From an uncultured Acidimicrobiales bacterium (lineage in GTDB: Bacteria; Actinomycetota; Acidimicrobiia; Acidimicrobiales; SZUA-35), in the NCBI GenBank assembly GCA_938028175.1, contig CALJAE010000156.1, forward strand, positions 1-38,647: DNA of 38,647 nt, written 5' to 3'. How positions within the stretch are numbered: position 1 is the first letter of the stretch; the number at the start of each line of letters is the position of its first letter. The position numbers were made by a program, and so were the translations under genes. Under the pieces are notes generated by a model. That model worked only from the letters and a program-made list of their open reading frames with translations, did no database searches and had not been told where the DNA came from. This document shows, piece after piece, positions 1 to 9,315 of this stretch.

Positions 1-776
1 CTCCGCAAGCTGGGCTCGAAGTGGCTGACATTGTCTATGAGGAACCTGTCGAAGGTGGCTTGACCAGGTTTGCAGCCGTCTTTCAATCCGCAGGTACCAC
101 TGTTGGTCCAGTTAGATCTGGGAGAACGACCGACATTGGAATATTCAACAGCTTTGGTCGACCGCTGTACATATACTCTGGCGCTAATCTTCCAACCGAT
201 TCATTACTGCGTGCTTTTGAGAACGTATCTAATAGAAGTTACAGCACGACCTCAGGATATTTTAGGGAACCAGCACGTCGGGCTCCAAGCAATGTTTACA
301 CGAGTCTCTTTGACCATTGGGCTACAGGAGACGAACCAGCACCAAGAGCACAGTTTGCATACAGGGCGAGTTCAGTAAGTGCCGAAGGAGCTCCTGCTGA
401 GTCTGTAAATGTTCGCTACTCAGCAAATGCAGTTACTTGGGATTGGGACGGCGAAAGATACTTACGTACTCAGCGTGGTGCCGCACATAACGATACTGAA
501 GGAAATCAACTTGGATTCGAGAACGTGGTAGTAGTTGGCACCGACGTAGTAGATACAGGCTTTGGTGATAGCACCGGAGCTACAGTTCCGGAGTATCCAT
601 TTGTTGGGACAGGGCCAGCGGCGATCTATACCGATGGAGTCAAGATAACTGGAACTTGGACTAAGCCCAGACTCAGCGCTGCAGCTACCTTTACAGATTC
701 ATCTGGTGAGGTCATCGAACTTACCCCGGGCCGGTCTTGGGTGCATTTAGTGTCTAAATCCTCTGCAGCCCTCTAA
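1..776 (+). CDS. DUF3048 domain-containing (YerB-like) exported protein, 5'-truncated by the window edge
   Basis: The frame is open from nt 3 to the stop at 774-776, with no stop upstream of the GTG at 21, so the N-terminus lies outside the window. ADIVYEEPVEGGLTRFAAVFQS...GPVRSGR resembles the conserved DUF3048 core. Confidence 0.7.
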   Translation, partial: PQAGLEVADIVYEEPVEGGLTRFAAVFQSAGTTVGPVRSGRTTDIGIFNSFGRPLYIYSGANLPTDSLLRAFENVSNRSYSTTSGYFREPARRAPSNVYTSLFDHWATGDEPAPRAQFAYRASSVSAEGAPAESVNVRYSANAVTWDWDGERYLRTQRGAAHNDTEGNQLGFENVVVVGTDVVDTGFGDSTGATVPEYPFVGTGPAAIYTDGVKITGTWTKPRLSAAATFTDSSGEVIELTPGRSWVHLVSKSSAAL

Positions 777-827
777 AGCAGCAGGCTAAGGTGCCTCTAC
801 CCTAATTTGCTGGCAGACTGAGTTGAT

Positions 828-2477
828 ATGGGCGGCGATAATTCCGAAAAACAGGCTGAGTTTGTCAAATTTAGAACTAACAAGACCTCTAAGTCTGTCT
901 CAAATTCATACCGTCGTAGGACTGCGATTGCCCTCACGTTAATCGGGTTTTCACTGCTGCTGTTCAATGGCAGTCGTGGCGAAATTGTAGATAACCAAAC
1001 TCAGATATTGGCTGGACCCCAGTCGCTTGCCGTCGAATCTGACATTGGTTCTAACGTCGAATCACCAGCTCTAGCTCTAACACGCTTTAGCCCAACAAGA
1101 ATTGACAGAAACGGTCCAGTTGCAACAAGAGGACGATGGGTAGATCCTGATAGTTCAGGTAACTCTTGGACGACGATCAACCCAGATGCAATCGGTCTTC
1201 TTACATTTAGAGGAAACCCAACACGAACCTTTCATGGGCAAGGAACCGTTGGGGCAAACGTCACCGACAAATGGTCGTCTGAAATTGGGTGCTCAAACTC
1301 TCCAGTCGCAGGCGTCGACAAAGTATGGTGCGGGTCTGGCTGGACTGGACAACCACTCGTTATACCTTCTCCGCAACAAGCCGATGCCTCTTGGGTTGTC
1401 GTAGGCGGATATAATCGGGCTCTTAACTTCTTTGATCCAGACACTGGCGAAGAAGTGTTCCCCAAGTACGAAACGGGAGACATTATTAAAGGCACGGCGA
1501 CGTCAGACCCAGACGGATTTCCACTGATCTATACCGGCAGCAGAGACGATCACTTCCATATTGTTGCCCTTGATAGAGAATCACCAGAAGCCTTGTGGAA
1601 AATCGAACCAGAAGAAGTTCGGTCTACCTTATGGAACAACGATTGGGATAGTTCAGCTCTTGTAATCGACGACTATCTGTTTATTGGAGGGGAAAACTCA
1701 CGGTTCTATATTGTGAAGCTCAATCGAAGTTTCGACGAAGACGGCAAGGTTCAAGTTAACCCTCAAGAGGTTTTCTCTACTCCTTCTTGGGACAGCGAGC
1801 TGTTGGACAATATTGGCGATAGCGAAGTATCGATCGAGAACTCTGTTGCGATAAGTGAAAATACAGTGTATTTCGCAAACTCAGGCGGCCTAGTACAAGG
1901 CTGGGATATTGAAGGCCTCGAGCGTGGCGTCGAACCGACTCGCACCTTCCGTTATTGGGTTGGCGACGATGTCGACGCTTCGATTGTGATTGACAAAGAC
2001 GGGCACCTTTATCTTGGAGCGCAGTATCAGAGACAGACTCCAAGGTCTGTAAATCTAGGTCAGGTCTTTAAACTCAACCCAGAAAATCAAGACAACCCAG
2101 TAGTTTGGTCAAGAGAAGTTCAAACGGGCGATGAGTCTGGTGTCTGGGCCACCCCAGCGTTATACGAAGATCTGGTAATCGTCTCGACATCAGATGGCCG
2201 CATTCTTGGCCTTGACCAAGATTCTGGTGAAACCCAATGGGAGTTAGATCATGAAACAACTATCTGGTCTTCACCCGTTGTGGTAGACGACCATCTTCTC
2301 CAAGGCGACTGCAATGGTGAAATCACCGCCTACTCTCTAGACGACGATGGACCAGAGCTGATCTGGCGACACAGTGTGTCCGACGGAGACTGTATTGAGT
2401 CCACCCCAGCCTTCTGGGACGGTTCCATCTATGTAGGCGCCAGAAATGGCGACTTTTACGCCTTTGAAACTAGTTAA
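828..2477 (+). CDS. PQQ-like (BamB-type) beta-propeller repeat protein with N-terminal membrane anchor
   Basis: 549-aa ORF with an ATG start. It has an N-terminal hydrophobic segment (AIALTLIGFSLLLF). Repeated propeller-blade-like units are present (ALDRESPEALWKIE, ILGLDQDSGETQWEL, NGDFYAFE). Confidence 0.7.
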   Translation: MGGDNSEKQAEFVKFRTNKTSKSVSNSYRRRTAIALTLIGFSLLLFNGSRGEIVDNQTQILAGPQSLAVESDIGSNVESPALALTRFSPTRIDRNGPVATRGRWVDPDSSGNSWTTINPDAIGLLTFRGNPTRTFHGQGTVGANVTDKWSSEIGCSNSPVAGVDKVWCGSGWTGQPLVIPSPQQADASWVVVGGYNRALNFFDPDTGEEVFPKYETGDIIKGTATSDPDGFPLIYTGSRDDHFHIVALDRESPEALWKIEPEEVRSTLWNNDWDSSALVIDDYLFIGGENSRFYIVKLNRSFDEDGKVQVNPQEVFSTPSWDSELLDNIGDSEVSIENSVAISENTVYFANSGGLVQGWDIEGLERGVEPTRTFRYWVGDDVDASIVIDKDGHLYLGAQYQRQTPRSVNLGQVFKLNPENQDNPVVWSREVQTGDESGVWATPALYEDLVIVSTSDGRILGLDQDSGETQWELDHETTIWSSPVVVDDHLLQGDCNGEITAYSLDDDGPELIWRHSVSDGDCIESTPAFWDGSIYVGARNGDFYAFETS

Positions 2478-2549
2478 AGCAAACATTTCTTTCTAAGCAA
2501 AAAGATCGCTGCTTTTGGATTGAAACCAAGTATCCTAGATCTTCGGTCT

Positions 2550-2623
2550 GGGGCTGTAGCTCAGTTGGCTAGAGCGCCTGCTTTGCAAGCAGGAGGTCGA
2601 GGGTTCGATTCCCTCCAGCTCCA
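2550..2623 (+). tRNA. tRNA-Ala (anticodon UGC)
   Basis: Hand-folded cloverleaf. The acceptor stem GGGGCTG/CAGCTCC carries the G3:U70 Ala identity pair. The anticodon loop is TTTGCAA, the T-arm is GAGGG-TTCGATT-CCCTC and the discriminator is A. CCA is not encoded. Confidence 0.95.
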
Positions 2624-2673
2624 CAAGACCAGCATTCTCTTTGCACGAGGCCAGAGGCACCCCATTGCGGTGA

Positions 2674-3357
2674 CTACGGTTCGATGACTACGATCTCGAT
2701 GCGGCGGTCTGCTATCCGCTCTTCATCGGTTGGGTCTTCTTGAACTGCTTCAGTTTCGCCGAAACCTTCAATTTCTATTCTTGAAGCCGCTATACCTTCT
2801 GAAACTAAAGCAGCCCTTACAGTTTCGGCTCTTTCTTCTGAGAGAGTTAGATTATCTTCGGCGTCGCCGACGGAATCTGTGTAGCCTTCGACTCTCAAAT
2901 TAAGATCTGTGTCACGAACTGCTTCAGCAACCTCAGCGATTACTGCAGCACCAGAGCTAATAGTTGCTTCATTTGCATCAAACAAAATGGATGTTCCTTC
3001 AAGAAGCGCGCTGACGTCTACTTGAACGTCTTCGACTGAAACAGTTTCCGCTACTGACTCATCTGTTTCAGCAGCATCAGGGGCTGGATCTGCTGGTGTT
3101 GCCGATGTTGGAACCGTACCTTCGACTTGTCCTGCCGTCTGATCAATAGGCTCAACCCCTAACCCTCCTACCGAGTCATCGTCGTCAAGCGTTACCCAGG
3201 CCAAAGCAAGAACTGCTATGAAACATACGGCAATAAAGCCTAGATAAAGCCAACCCAGCTTCGCTTCATCTTGGGGCTGTTGCTGCTCCGCTCTGTACGC
3301 TGCCATCATTTCGGCAGTTGTTAGAGGGTTGTTGTTAGGAGTCGACGGCTTTTCCAC
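2674..3357 (-). CDS. OmpA-family peptidoglycan-binding protein with N-terminal TM anchor
   Basis: The C-terminus (LRVEGYTDSVGDAEDNLTLSEERAETVRAAL...IADRRIEIVV) matches the OmpA_C-like motif. One TM segment is present (WLYLGFIAVCFIAVLALAWV). The start is GTG; internal ATG starts are possible. Confidence 0.85.
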   Translation of the reverse strand: MEKPSTPNNNPLTTAEMMAAYRAEQQQPQDEAKLGWLYLGFIAVCFIAVLALAWVTLDDDDSVGGLGVEPIDQTAGQVEGTVPTSATPADPAPDAAETDESVAETVSVEDVQVDVSALLEGTSILFDANEATISSGAAVIAEVAEAVRDTDLNLRVEGYTDSVGDAEDNLTLSEERAETVRAALVSEGIAASRIEIEGFGETEAVQEDPTDEERIADRRIEIVVIEP

Positions 3358-3420
3358 ACTTCTATTGTGGCCTATACGCGCGCACTTTGCACCACCTTCT
3401 GAGATGCTAGCCTGTCATTT

Positions 3421-4521
3421 GTGAGTAACACATTTGGTGAATTGTTTCGAGTAACGACTTTTGGAGAGTCTCATGGCCCTGCTGTTGGAGGAGTGATAGA
3501 CGGTTGCCCTCCGGGTATAACACTAGATTTAGCAGCGATTACCACTGAACTTGAACGGCGTAGGACGGCTCAAAGCAAACTGGTCTCACAACGTAATGAA
3601 CCCGATGAACTAGAAATATTGTCGGGCGTCTTCGAAGGTGTGACCACCGGCACTCCTCTAGCTTTCTTAATTCGGAACAAGGATCATAACCCAGGTGCTT
3701 ATGATCACCTGAAAGATCTCTACAGACCTAGCCACGCTGATTACACATATCAAGCAAAATATGGGGTACGCGATCACCGTGGAGGGGGAAGAACATCAGC
3801 CAGAGAAACAACTAGCCGTGTTGTAGCTGGGGCGATAGCTAAACAGTTCCTAGCGTCAGCTGCCGGAGTCGACATCCTCTCGTGGGTACACAGCGTCAGC
3901 AACATTGAAGCCAGTATCTCTGCAACAAATCAGACAGAGCTGTTAGCCGTAACTAGAGATCAGGTGGAAGCCAATGACATAAGGTGTCCAGATCCGAGTA
4001 CTGCAGAAGCCATGATCGCAGCAATCGACAAAGCCAGACAAAATGGGGACTCGCTTGGCGGAACAATTGTGGCGAGAGCAACTGGACTACCAGCTGGACT
4101 GGGAGAACCTGTGTTTGATCGACTCGAAGCCACGCTAGCCAAAGCAATGTTATCTTTACCTGCAACGAAGGGTTTCGAAATCGGAAGTGGTTTCACTGGC
4201 ACACAAATGAGCGGTTCTGAACACAACGATCCTTACTTCACTGACAAAGATGGCATAGTCAAAACAACAACCAACTACTCTGGAGGCACCCAAGGTGGCA
4301 TCACCAATGGCGAACCTCTCTATTTCAGGGTGGCATTCAAACCAACAGCGACGATCTCAAAGAAACAAACCACAACAACCGTCGATGGTGAGTCAGTCGA
4401 GCTAGAAGCCAAAGGAAGACACGACCCTTGCGTACTCCCCCGTGCTGTACCAATAGTAGAAGCTATGACTGCACTAGTCCTAGCCGATCACTACCTGCTT
4501 AACAAAGCACTCGGCGCCTAG
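3421..4521 (+). CDS. aroC: chorismate synthase
   Basis: The N-terminus FGELFRVTTFGESHGPAVGGVIDGCPPG is the classic AroC signature. The 366-aa length is typical. The start is GTG. Confidence 0.95.
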   Translation: MSNTFGELFRVTTFGESHGPAVGGVIDGCPPGITLDLAAITTELERRRTAQSKLVSQRNEPDELEILSGVFEGVTTGTPLAFLIRNKDHNPGAYDHLKDLYRPSHADYTYQAKYGVRDHRGGGRTSARETTSRVVAGAIAKQFLASAAGVDILSWVHSVSNIEASISATNQTELLAVTRDQVEANDIRCPDPSTAEAMIAAIDKARQNGDSLGGTIVARATGLPAGLGEPVFDRLEATLAKAMLSLPATKGFEIGSGFTGTQMSGSEHNDPYFTDKDGIVKTTTNYSGGTQGGITNGEPLYFRVAFKPTATISKKQTTTTVDGESVELEAKGRHDPCVLPRAVPIVEAMTALVLADHYLLNKALGA

Positions 4522-4531
4522 CCAACTATCG

Positions 4532-4981
4532 TCAATTCAGATCCACACTAATTTCGACACTAGCTTTAACGATATTGTCAAACTCAGATTCTAAGTCCAC
4601 GGCTTTATCCGACACAAAGAACAATGCCAAGTCCACTCGGGTATCCGATACTTCTAGATCAGTGATACTCAGCCGAAGATCGTTATCTCTTGACCTCTCC
4701 TGAACCAAACCACGAACGATGTTTGTTACCGCTGACTCGTCCAGAGAAACCTTGGACTCAGTAAGAAACAATTCTTCATCTAACTGCTCTACACCCAACA
4801 AGGCGGCTTCGTCAGCAACTGACTGTGCAACCTCTCGGTCACTAACTTGGACCGCCAGCTCGACAAAAACAATCAAGACGACTGCCATAAGACAACAAAT
4901 TAGGGCTAGAAAAACAGTGATATAGCCTTCTGCTTTATGCAATGATCCGTCTACCGAGAGGCTGGTTTTAACCATCGACAC
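4532..4981 (-). CDS. TadE/G-like pilus assembly (pseudopilin-like) protein
   Basis: It is the last gene of the tad operon. The N-terminus has AEGYITVFLALICCLMAVVLIVFV, like the Tad/TadG N-terminal hydrophobic motif. It overlaps the upstream gene by 14 nt. Confidence 0.55.
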   Translation of the reverse strand: MSMVKTSLSVDGSLHKAEGYITVFLALICCLMAVVLIVFVELAVQVSDREVAQSVADEAALLGVEQLDEELFLTESKVSLDESAVTNIVRGLVQERSRDNDLRLSITDLEVSDTRVDLALFFVSDKAVDLESEFDNIVKASVEISVDLN

Positions 4982-5339
4982 TCCGAAACTTGCCTATCCT
5001 GCCTGTAGCCGTTGCAGTTGCTGTAGCGTTTTCAGCTTCGCAAACTATATCGATGGTCAACTCACCACCTGAAACAAAGCGTCCACCGACTGAGGTCAAA
5101 GAACATACCCTGGTATCGGAGCTAGCACGATCTAAAACACTTCTGGCATTGCGAACACCTGTGCTCAAATCTTCAGCAGCCACCGTTGCCCCTAAGGCAT
5201 GTCGCGCCTGTTCATTCGCAGTTGCTTCCAGACTGACCTGATTACGGACTAAAACAATCAGAGAAACTATCACCACGATTACAGCGACCAACAACACTGC
5301 TATGTAGCTCAGTGGCTGTGGCCCACTCGAAGACTGCAT
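4968..5339 (-). CDS. TadE-like small membrane-anchored protein
   Basis: 123 aa with a single N-terminal TM (LSYIAVLLVAVIVVIVSLIVLV). Its ATG overlaps the upstream stop by 1 nt (TAATG on the minus strand). The call rests on position in the tad operon. Confidence 0.45.
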   Translation of the reverse strand: MQSSSGPQPLSYIAVLLVAVIVVIVSLIVLVRNQVSLEATANEQARHALGATVAAEDLSTGVRNARSVLDRASSDTRVCSLTSVGGRFVSGGELTIDIVCEAENATATATATGRIGKFRSVDG

Positions 5340-5698
5340 TAACGCACAACCCCGATCTTGGAACTCGCCGAAACATCGATCTTAAAAAGAACAATGCTGT
5401 AAGCACTACCTGTCACGAATAGCTCAACAGACTCCTCACCCTCAAGAAGTCTCCAATCATCGAGTTCAAAAACGTTCCCATTCTCCGATTGCCGCAAAGA
5501 GCTCTCCAGTGCTTCCTCGCTTGCTGACAGCGCAGCAGCTCTTGCTCCCTGTCGGGCAATTGATTCTGCCCTTAACTGCGCCAAAGCGATTATCGAAACT
5601 TGGACTAACACCAAGATACCTAGCCCAACAATTGCAATGCCGATGATCAACTCGATCGCACTCGGTGTAGCTCGCTGTGTCTCGTTAAGCTGTCTCAT
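5339..5698 (-). CDS. TadE-like pseudopilin-type protein
   Basis: The N-terminus QRATPSAIELIIGIAIVGLGILVLV resembles the TadE N-terminal motif (polar residues, Glu, then a hydrophobic helix). The ATG at 5698-5696 overlaps the tadC stop as ATGA, so I prefer it to the upstream ATG at 5728. Confidence 0.55.
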   Translation of the reverse strand: MRQLNETQRATPSAIELIIGIAIVGLGILVLVQVSIIALAQLRAESIARQGARAAALSASEEALESSLRQSENGNVFELDDWRLLEGEESVELFVTGSAYSIVLFKIDVSASSKIGVVR

Positions 5699-6462
5699 AT
5701 ACTCAACCCCGATATCAGTTGGATACAAACAGTTATCAACAAGATTGCGAATGCGCTAAAGAGTAAGCCGACTGGCACTAGCATCGCCTGACTCCGCTGA
5801 GCACCATCACGTAACGTATCCGCCCCAACAGACCGAGTAAGTGACTGTGAAAAACGTTCTAACGCATGCTTCGATGATCCTCCAACATCAGACACGGCGA
5901 CAATGTCTGCAAGCCTTGCCAACTCAGGCAGATCCCAGGTCTCTCCAACTTCTCTCAACCGAGATGAAAGCCTGCTGTGAGAAATATAGCCAGGATCATA
6001 CTGTCCCAGAACTGCGTATCTCAGTTCTCTCCACTGTTTGTCACCTGGTAGTTCTAGTGAACTTTTAATAGCCATGCCAATGTCAGCGCCTGCAGCGACT
6101 CCGGCGCTAGCAAGTTGCGAAAGTACACCCAAGTGCTGTTTACGAACAACTGCTTGGTTCCTTCTCCTTGTTAGTGCGTCTAGCCGAAAGCCGCCTAAAG
6201 AAAGTAACACACCGGCCAACCCGGCGAATGTTGCCCAAGTTTGTGAACCACCTAAACCAATGACCAGAAATTCAACGAGACCGAAACTTAAACAAGTGAT
6301 AGCGAACCATACAGCTATCTTCAAAGACCAAAGCTTTGTTCCAGTTGTCAATCCGTAGATGCCAGCAGCGACCAAAACTATTGAAACTATTACTAAGCCA
6401 ACGAAAAGAGCGAGACTAGACATTGCGACCACTAATTTCATTCGCCTCGAGAAAGAAGCCAC
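5695..6462 (-). CDS. tadC: type II secretion system F-family protein, TadC-like
   Basis: Polytopic membrane protein with a cytoplasmic T2SSF-like segment (LSQLASAGVAAGADIGMAIKSS). It follows tadB in the operon. The start is uncertain because of a 47-nt overlap with tadB. Confidence 0.65.
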   Translation of the reverse strand: MASFSRRMKLVVAMSSLALFVGLVIVSIVLVAAGIYGLTTGTKLWSLKIAVWFAITCLSFGLVEFLVIGLGGSQTWATFAGLAGVLLSLGGFRLDALTRRRNQAVVRKQHLGVLSQLASAGVAAGADIGMAIKSSLELPGDKQWRELRYAVLGQYDPGYISHSRLSSRLREVGETWDLPELARLADIVAVSDVGGSSKHALERFSQSLTRSVGADTLRDGAQRSQAMLVPVGLLFSAFAILLITVCIQLISGLSI

Positions 6463-7267
6463 GGTTTGTATTCCCGAGGCTTAACCAGACGGCTGAAAGT
6501 CCCGCAACGAAAACGATAAGACCAACAACCCCAAGATATATCACTGGATCAAGGTCAACGGAACCACCTCGAGTCAACCAGCCAGTAAGTGGCACGCCAA
6601 CTGCCACTAAGATCGAAAGAGCCCGTAACTCAAATTGGTTCCTAGACAAAGCTAAGAGTTGGTTTAACTCTCGTTCGATGGCTAACTGTGCCTGATCAGC
6701 GGCTTCGATAGCTGCCGATTGCACTGACGCCGAACCTGTTGTTATAGCTAACAACAGGTGAGCAATTAAGACATGGAGACTAGTTTCCTTAACGAGACCC
6801 GCTAGATCATATAACGCTCTTTCCAGACCACTCTCGTCAACAGCTTGATCAAAACTAAATTCACCCAAATCAAACTCTGCCTGGTTTAGCTTAAGGGAAT
6901 GAGAAACTGCCTGACCGATATCGGAACCGCCGGCAATTAAGTCAGAGATCATCTGTGATAGGTGTGCTAGATCCTCCAACTTAACGATCCTCTTAGAACG
7001 AACCCTTTGAACATAGACAGTGCCAGCAAATACCAACAGTGCGGTTGCCACGACAGCTACTTGCAATGCCGACTCAAGAGACACTGACGAAGTCAAGATC
7101 AGCCACAACGAACTCGAAACTGACACTGATACCACTATCAAGCCCACTTGCCGCACGGTGATAATACTCCGACGACTAATCAGTGCTAACACGACGGCGA
7201 CCACCGCAACCGCTGCGAAAATACAAAGAGCGATGAATCCAATCCTTAACGCCATCCAAACTCCCAA
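6416..7267 (-). CDS. tadB: type II secretion system F-family protein, TadB-like
   Basis: Polytopic membrane protein with a T2SSF-like segment (LSQMISDLIAGGSDIGQAVSHSL). It lies immediately downstream of the ATPase gene. Confidence 0.65.
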   Translation of the reverse strand: MGVWMALRIGFIALCIFAAVAVVAVVLALISRRSIITVRQVGLIVVSVSVSSSLWLILTSSVSLESALQVAVVATALLVFAGTVYVQRVRSKRIVKLEDLAHLSQMISDLIAGGSDIGQAVSHSLKLNQAEFDLGEFSFDQAVDESGLERALYDLAGLVKETSLHVLIAHLLLAITTGSASVQSAAIEAADQAQLAIERELNQLLALSRNQFELRALSILVAVGVPLTGWLTRGGSVDLDPVIYLGVVGLIVFVAGLSAVWLSLGNTNRGFFLEANEISGRNV

Positions 7268-8496
7268 AGACGACGCTGTAAAGAGTCACTTGGCTTTGGA
7301 GAACATCTAGCCACTAACTCAGGTGATTCACAATCAAATATTGGCCGTAGACGCAGGAGTCCGTCAACCTCTCTGGTCTGAGACACCTCAGTTATGTGGG
7401 ATATCCAGCGTTGATTGCCAGAAAAATCGGTGTGGATAAAGAGATCTACACCATTGCGAACCGACTCTGTAACGAGTTGGTAACTCAATTGAGAACATTC
7501 AATCAACCGGTCAATTACAGCCCTCGGAGATCGGGCATGGATCGTTGATAGCGAACCGGTACTCCCTGCAGACATAGATGTGAGCAACTCTCTAGCTATT
7601 TCATCTCGCGCTTCACCGACAATTATTCGATCTGGACTCAGACGTAGGGCATTCGCAAACAGCTGCCGAGAACTAACCCCTCCTGCACCATCAATATTTG
7701 ATGACTGAACCACCAGTTCAACAACATCAATCTCCGAGTTAGACCTTGAGAGATCCAACTCAGGTGAATCCTCGATTGTAACCACCCTCGTCAATTCTGG
7801 GAGTTCACGAAGTAGACACTTAAGTAAAGTGCTTTTCCCAGCACCAGTCGGGCCAGAGATAATTATGTTCAAGTTTGCCCTGACCGACGCTCCTAAGAAA
7901 TCTGCAGTTCGCTGAGAAAACATCCCTAACTGCGATAGGTCACTAAGACCTTCAATGTTGCGGTCGGGATAGCGACACGACAATTCGATGGACCCATCAG
8001 CACAATAAGTTCCGTTGACTCGCACCCCAGCGTTTGTAAGACTATCAAAGTGAGGGTGGTGTCTGTCGAACGGCGCAACCGCCCCCGTGCGTGACCTTAA
8101 GATACTAACTTCGTCATGTAGTTGGTCATTTGAAGTAACCCAGGACGAAAAAGACTTACGAGTTCCATCTCGATAGTGAACCACTATTCGATTAGATCCC
8201 TTTATGAATAGATCGCTGATACCCTGGCCTGACAATGCATCGACTTTACCGATAAGGTCTAACCCCATCGATCTGTCCACCAAATGCGCTACCAGCCTCT
8301 CAGCGGTCGGAGAGTCTAGAGAAGAACCATCTTCGACAATTTCTCCGATCACCTTAGTAGCCGACGCAGTATGAGCAGCGAGAACTGTTTCGTGGCTACT
8401 GCTATCTATTTCTTCCAAGTAGCGAACAGCCTCACTAGAGGTGAGGTCCACTAACTCATCTAACTCAATATTGTCTAGGTCAAGTTCAGCTGTCAC
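7246..8496 (-). CDS. tadA: CpaF/TadA-family pilus assembly (secretion) ATPase
   Basis: Walker A is ISGPTGAGKSTLL, Walker B/Asp box is DRIIVGEARDE and the His box is GSLSTIHA. 416 aa. Confidence 0.9.
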   Translation of the reverse strand: MTAELDLDNIELDELVDLTSSEAVRYLEEIDSSSHETVLAAHTASATKVIGEIVEDGSSLDSPTAERLVAHLVDRSMGLDLIGKVDALSGQGISDLFIKGSNRIVVHYRDGTRKSFSSWVTSNDQLHDEVSILRSRTGAVAPFDRHHPHFDSLTNAGVRVNGTYCADGSIELSCRYPDRNIEGLSDLSQLGMFSQRTADFLGASVRANLNIIISGPTGAGKSTLLKCLLRELPELTRVVTIEDSPELDLSRSNSEIDVVELVVQSSNIDGAGGVSSRQLFANALRLSPDRIIVGEARDEIARELLTSMSAGSTGSLSTIHARSPRAVIDRLIECSQLSYQLVTESVRNGVDLFIHTDFSGNQRWISHITEVSQTREVDGLLRLRPIFDCESPELVARCSPKPSDSLQRRLWEFGWR

Positions 8497-9205
8497 TTTG
8501 AGCCCTTAGCGCTATACGAACTCCTTCGGCTTGGTTCACAGAGTTAGCTATCCGAAGTGATTGAGCCGGAGATACTGCCACAGAGATAAACAGCTCATCT
8601 GTTCCAAATCCTGAAGTGCCAACAGAAAATATTTGAACATCATCGGCTATAAGTTCCGCCACACCCGTAACAGGGTTTACGCCAGTAACATCGACGCTAT
8701 CGCCAGGAACAAGATCCACCGCAGGGTAGGCCCCGGGCCTGACAGACAAACCGGAAACCACTAGTCCTTCTGGAAGTTCGATCCCATCACCTAAATCGCT
8801 CATAAGGACTGGTTCATCAGCCAGTACCTGTTCTCTCACCCGTTGGCCGACAACATCAGAACGTTGTTCAAACATAGTTGAAATCAGATCTGCCTCAATC
8901 AACTTAATATCAGAGGCCGTGATAACTTCGCCTGGCGCTAGGTCATTGGCTGCTACTACCACAGTTGTTCTAGCGTCATTGGCACTCCAAACCTGTGTAG
9001 CCAGTACAGCTGCGAGTAGTCCAACAACACCAAGGATGACACTATGGAGACGCTGCTTCTTACTATCGATTTTCCCCGACCATACAATCGGCCTTCGGCT
9101 CGAGCCGCTTTTCTGGTCAAATGTGCCAGCGCGATCTATAGATTTAGATCTGTTGTTGTCGGGCTTTAAGAGCTCGTCGAGGTCAAGCAAGTGTCTCTCC
9201 TGCAA
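8486..9205 (-). CDS. cpaB: Flp pilus assembly protein CpaB/RcpC-like (SAF domain)
   Basis: It has one TM (VILGVVGLLAAVLATQVW) followed by a SAF-like segment (VVVAANDLAPGEVITASDIKLIE). It is the first gene of the operon. The ORF starts at TTG 9205; the TTG at 9190 has a better SD (AGGAGAG). Confidence 0.65.
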   Translation of the reverse strand: MQERHLLDLDELLKPDNNRSKSIDRAGTFDQKSGSSRRPIVWSGKIDSKKQRLHSVILGVVGLLAAVLATQVWSANDARTTVVVAANDLAPGEVITASDIKLIEADLISTMFEQRSDVVGQRVREQVLADEPVLMSDLGDGIELPEGLVVSGLSVRPGAYPAVDLVPGDSVDVTGVNPVTGVAELIADDVQIFSVGTSGFGTDELFISVAVSPAQSLRIANSVNQAEGVRIALRAQSDS

Positions 9206-9315
9206 GTCCTCGTTGACTTATAGTAGTTGAATTATGAGACTAAGTCTAGCTGCTTGTTGCAGCTTATAGCAACGGGGTCGGCCGGACTGGCTTGAAGATA
9301 CGACTAAATTAGTCT

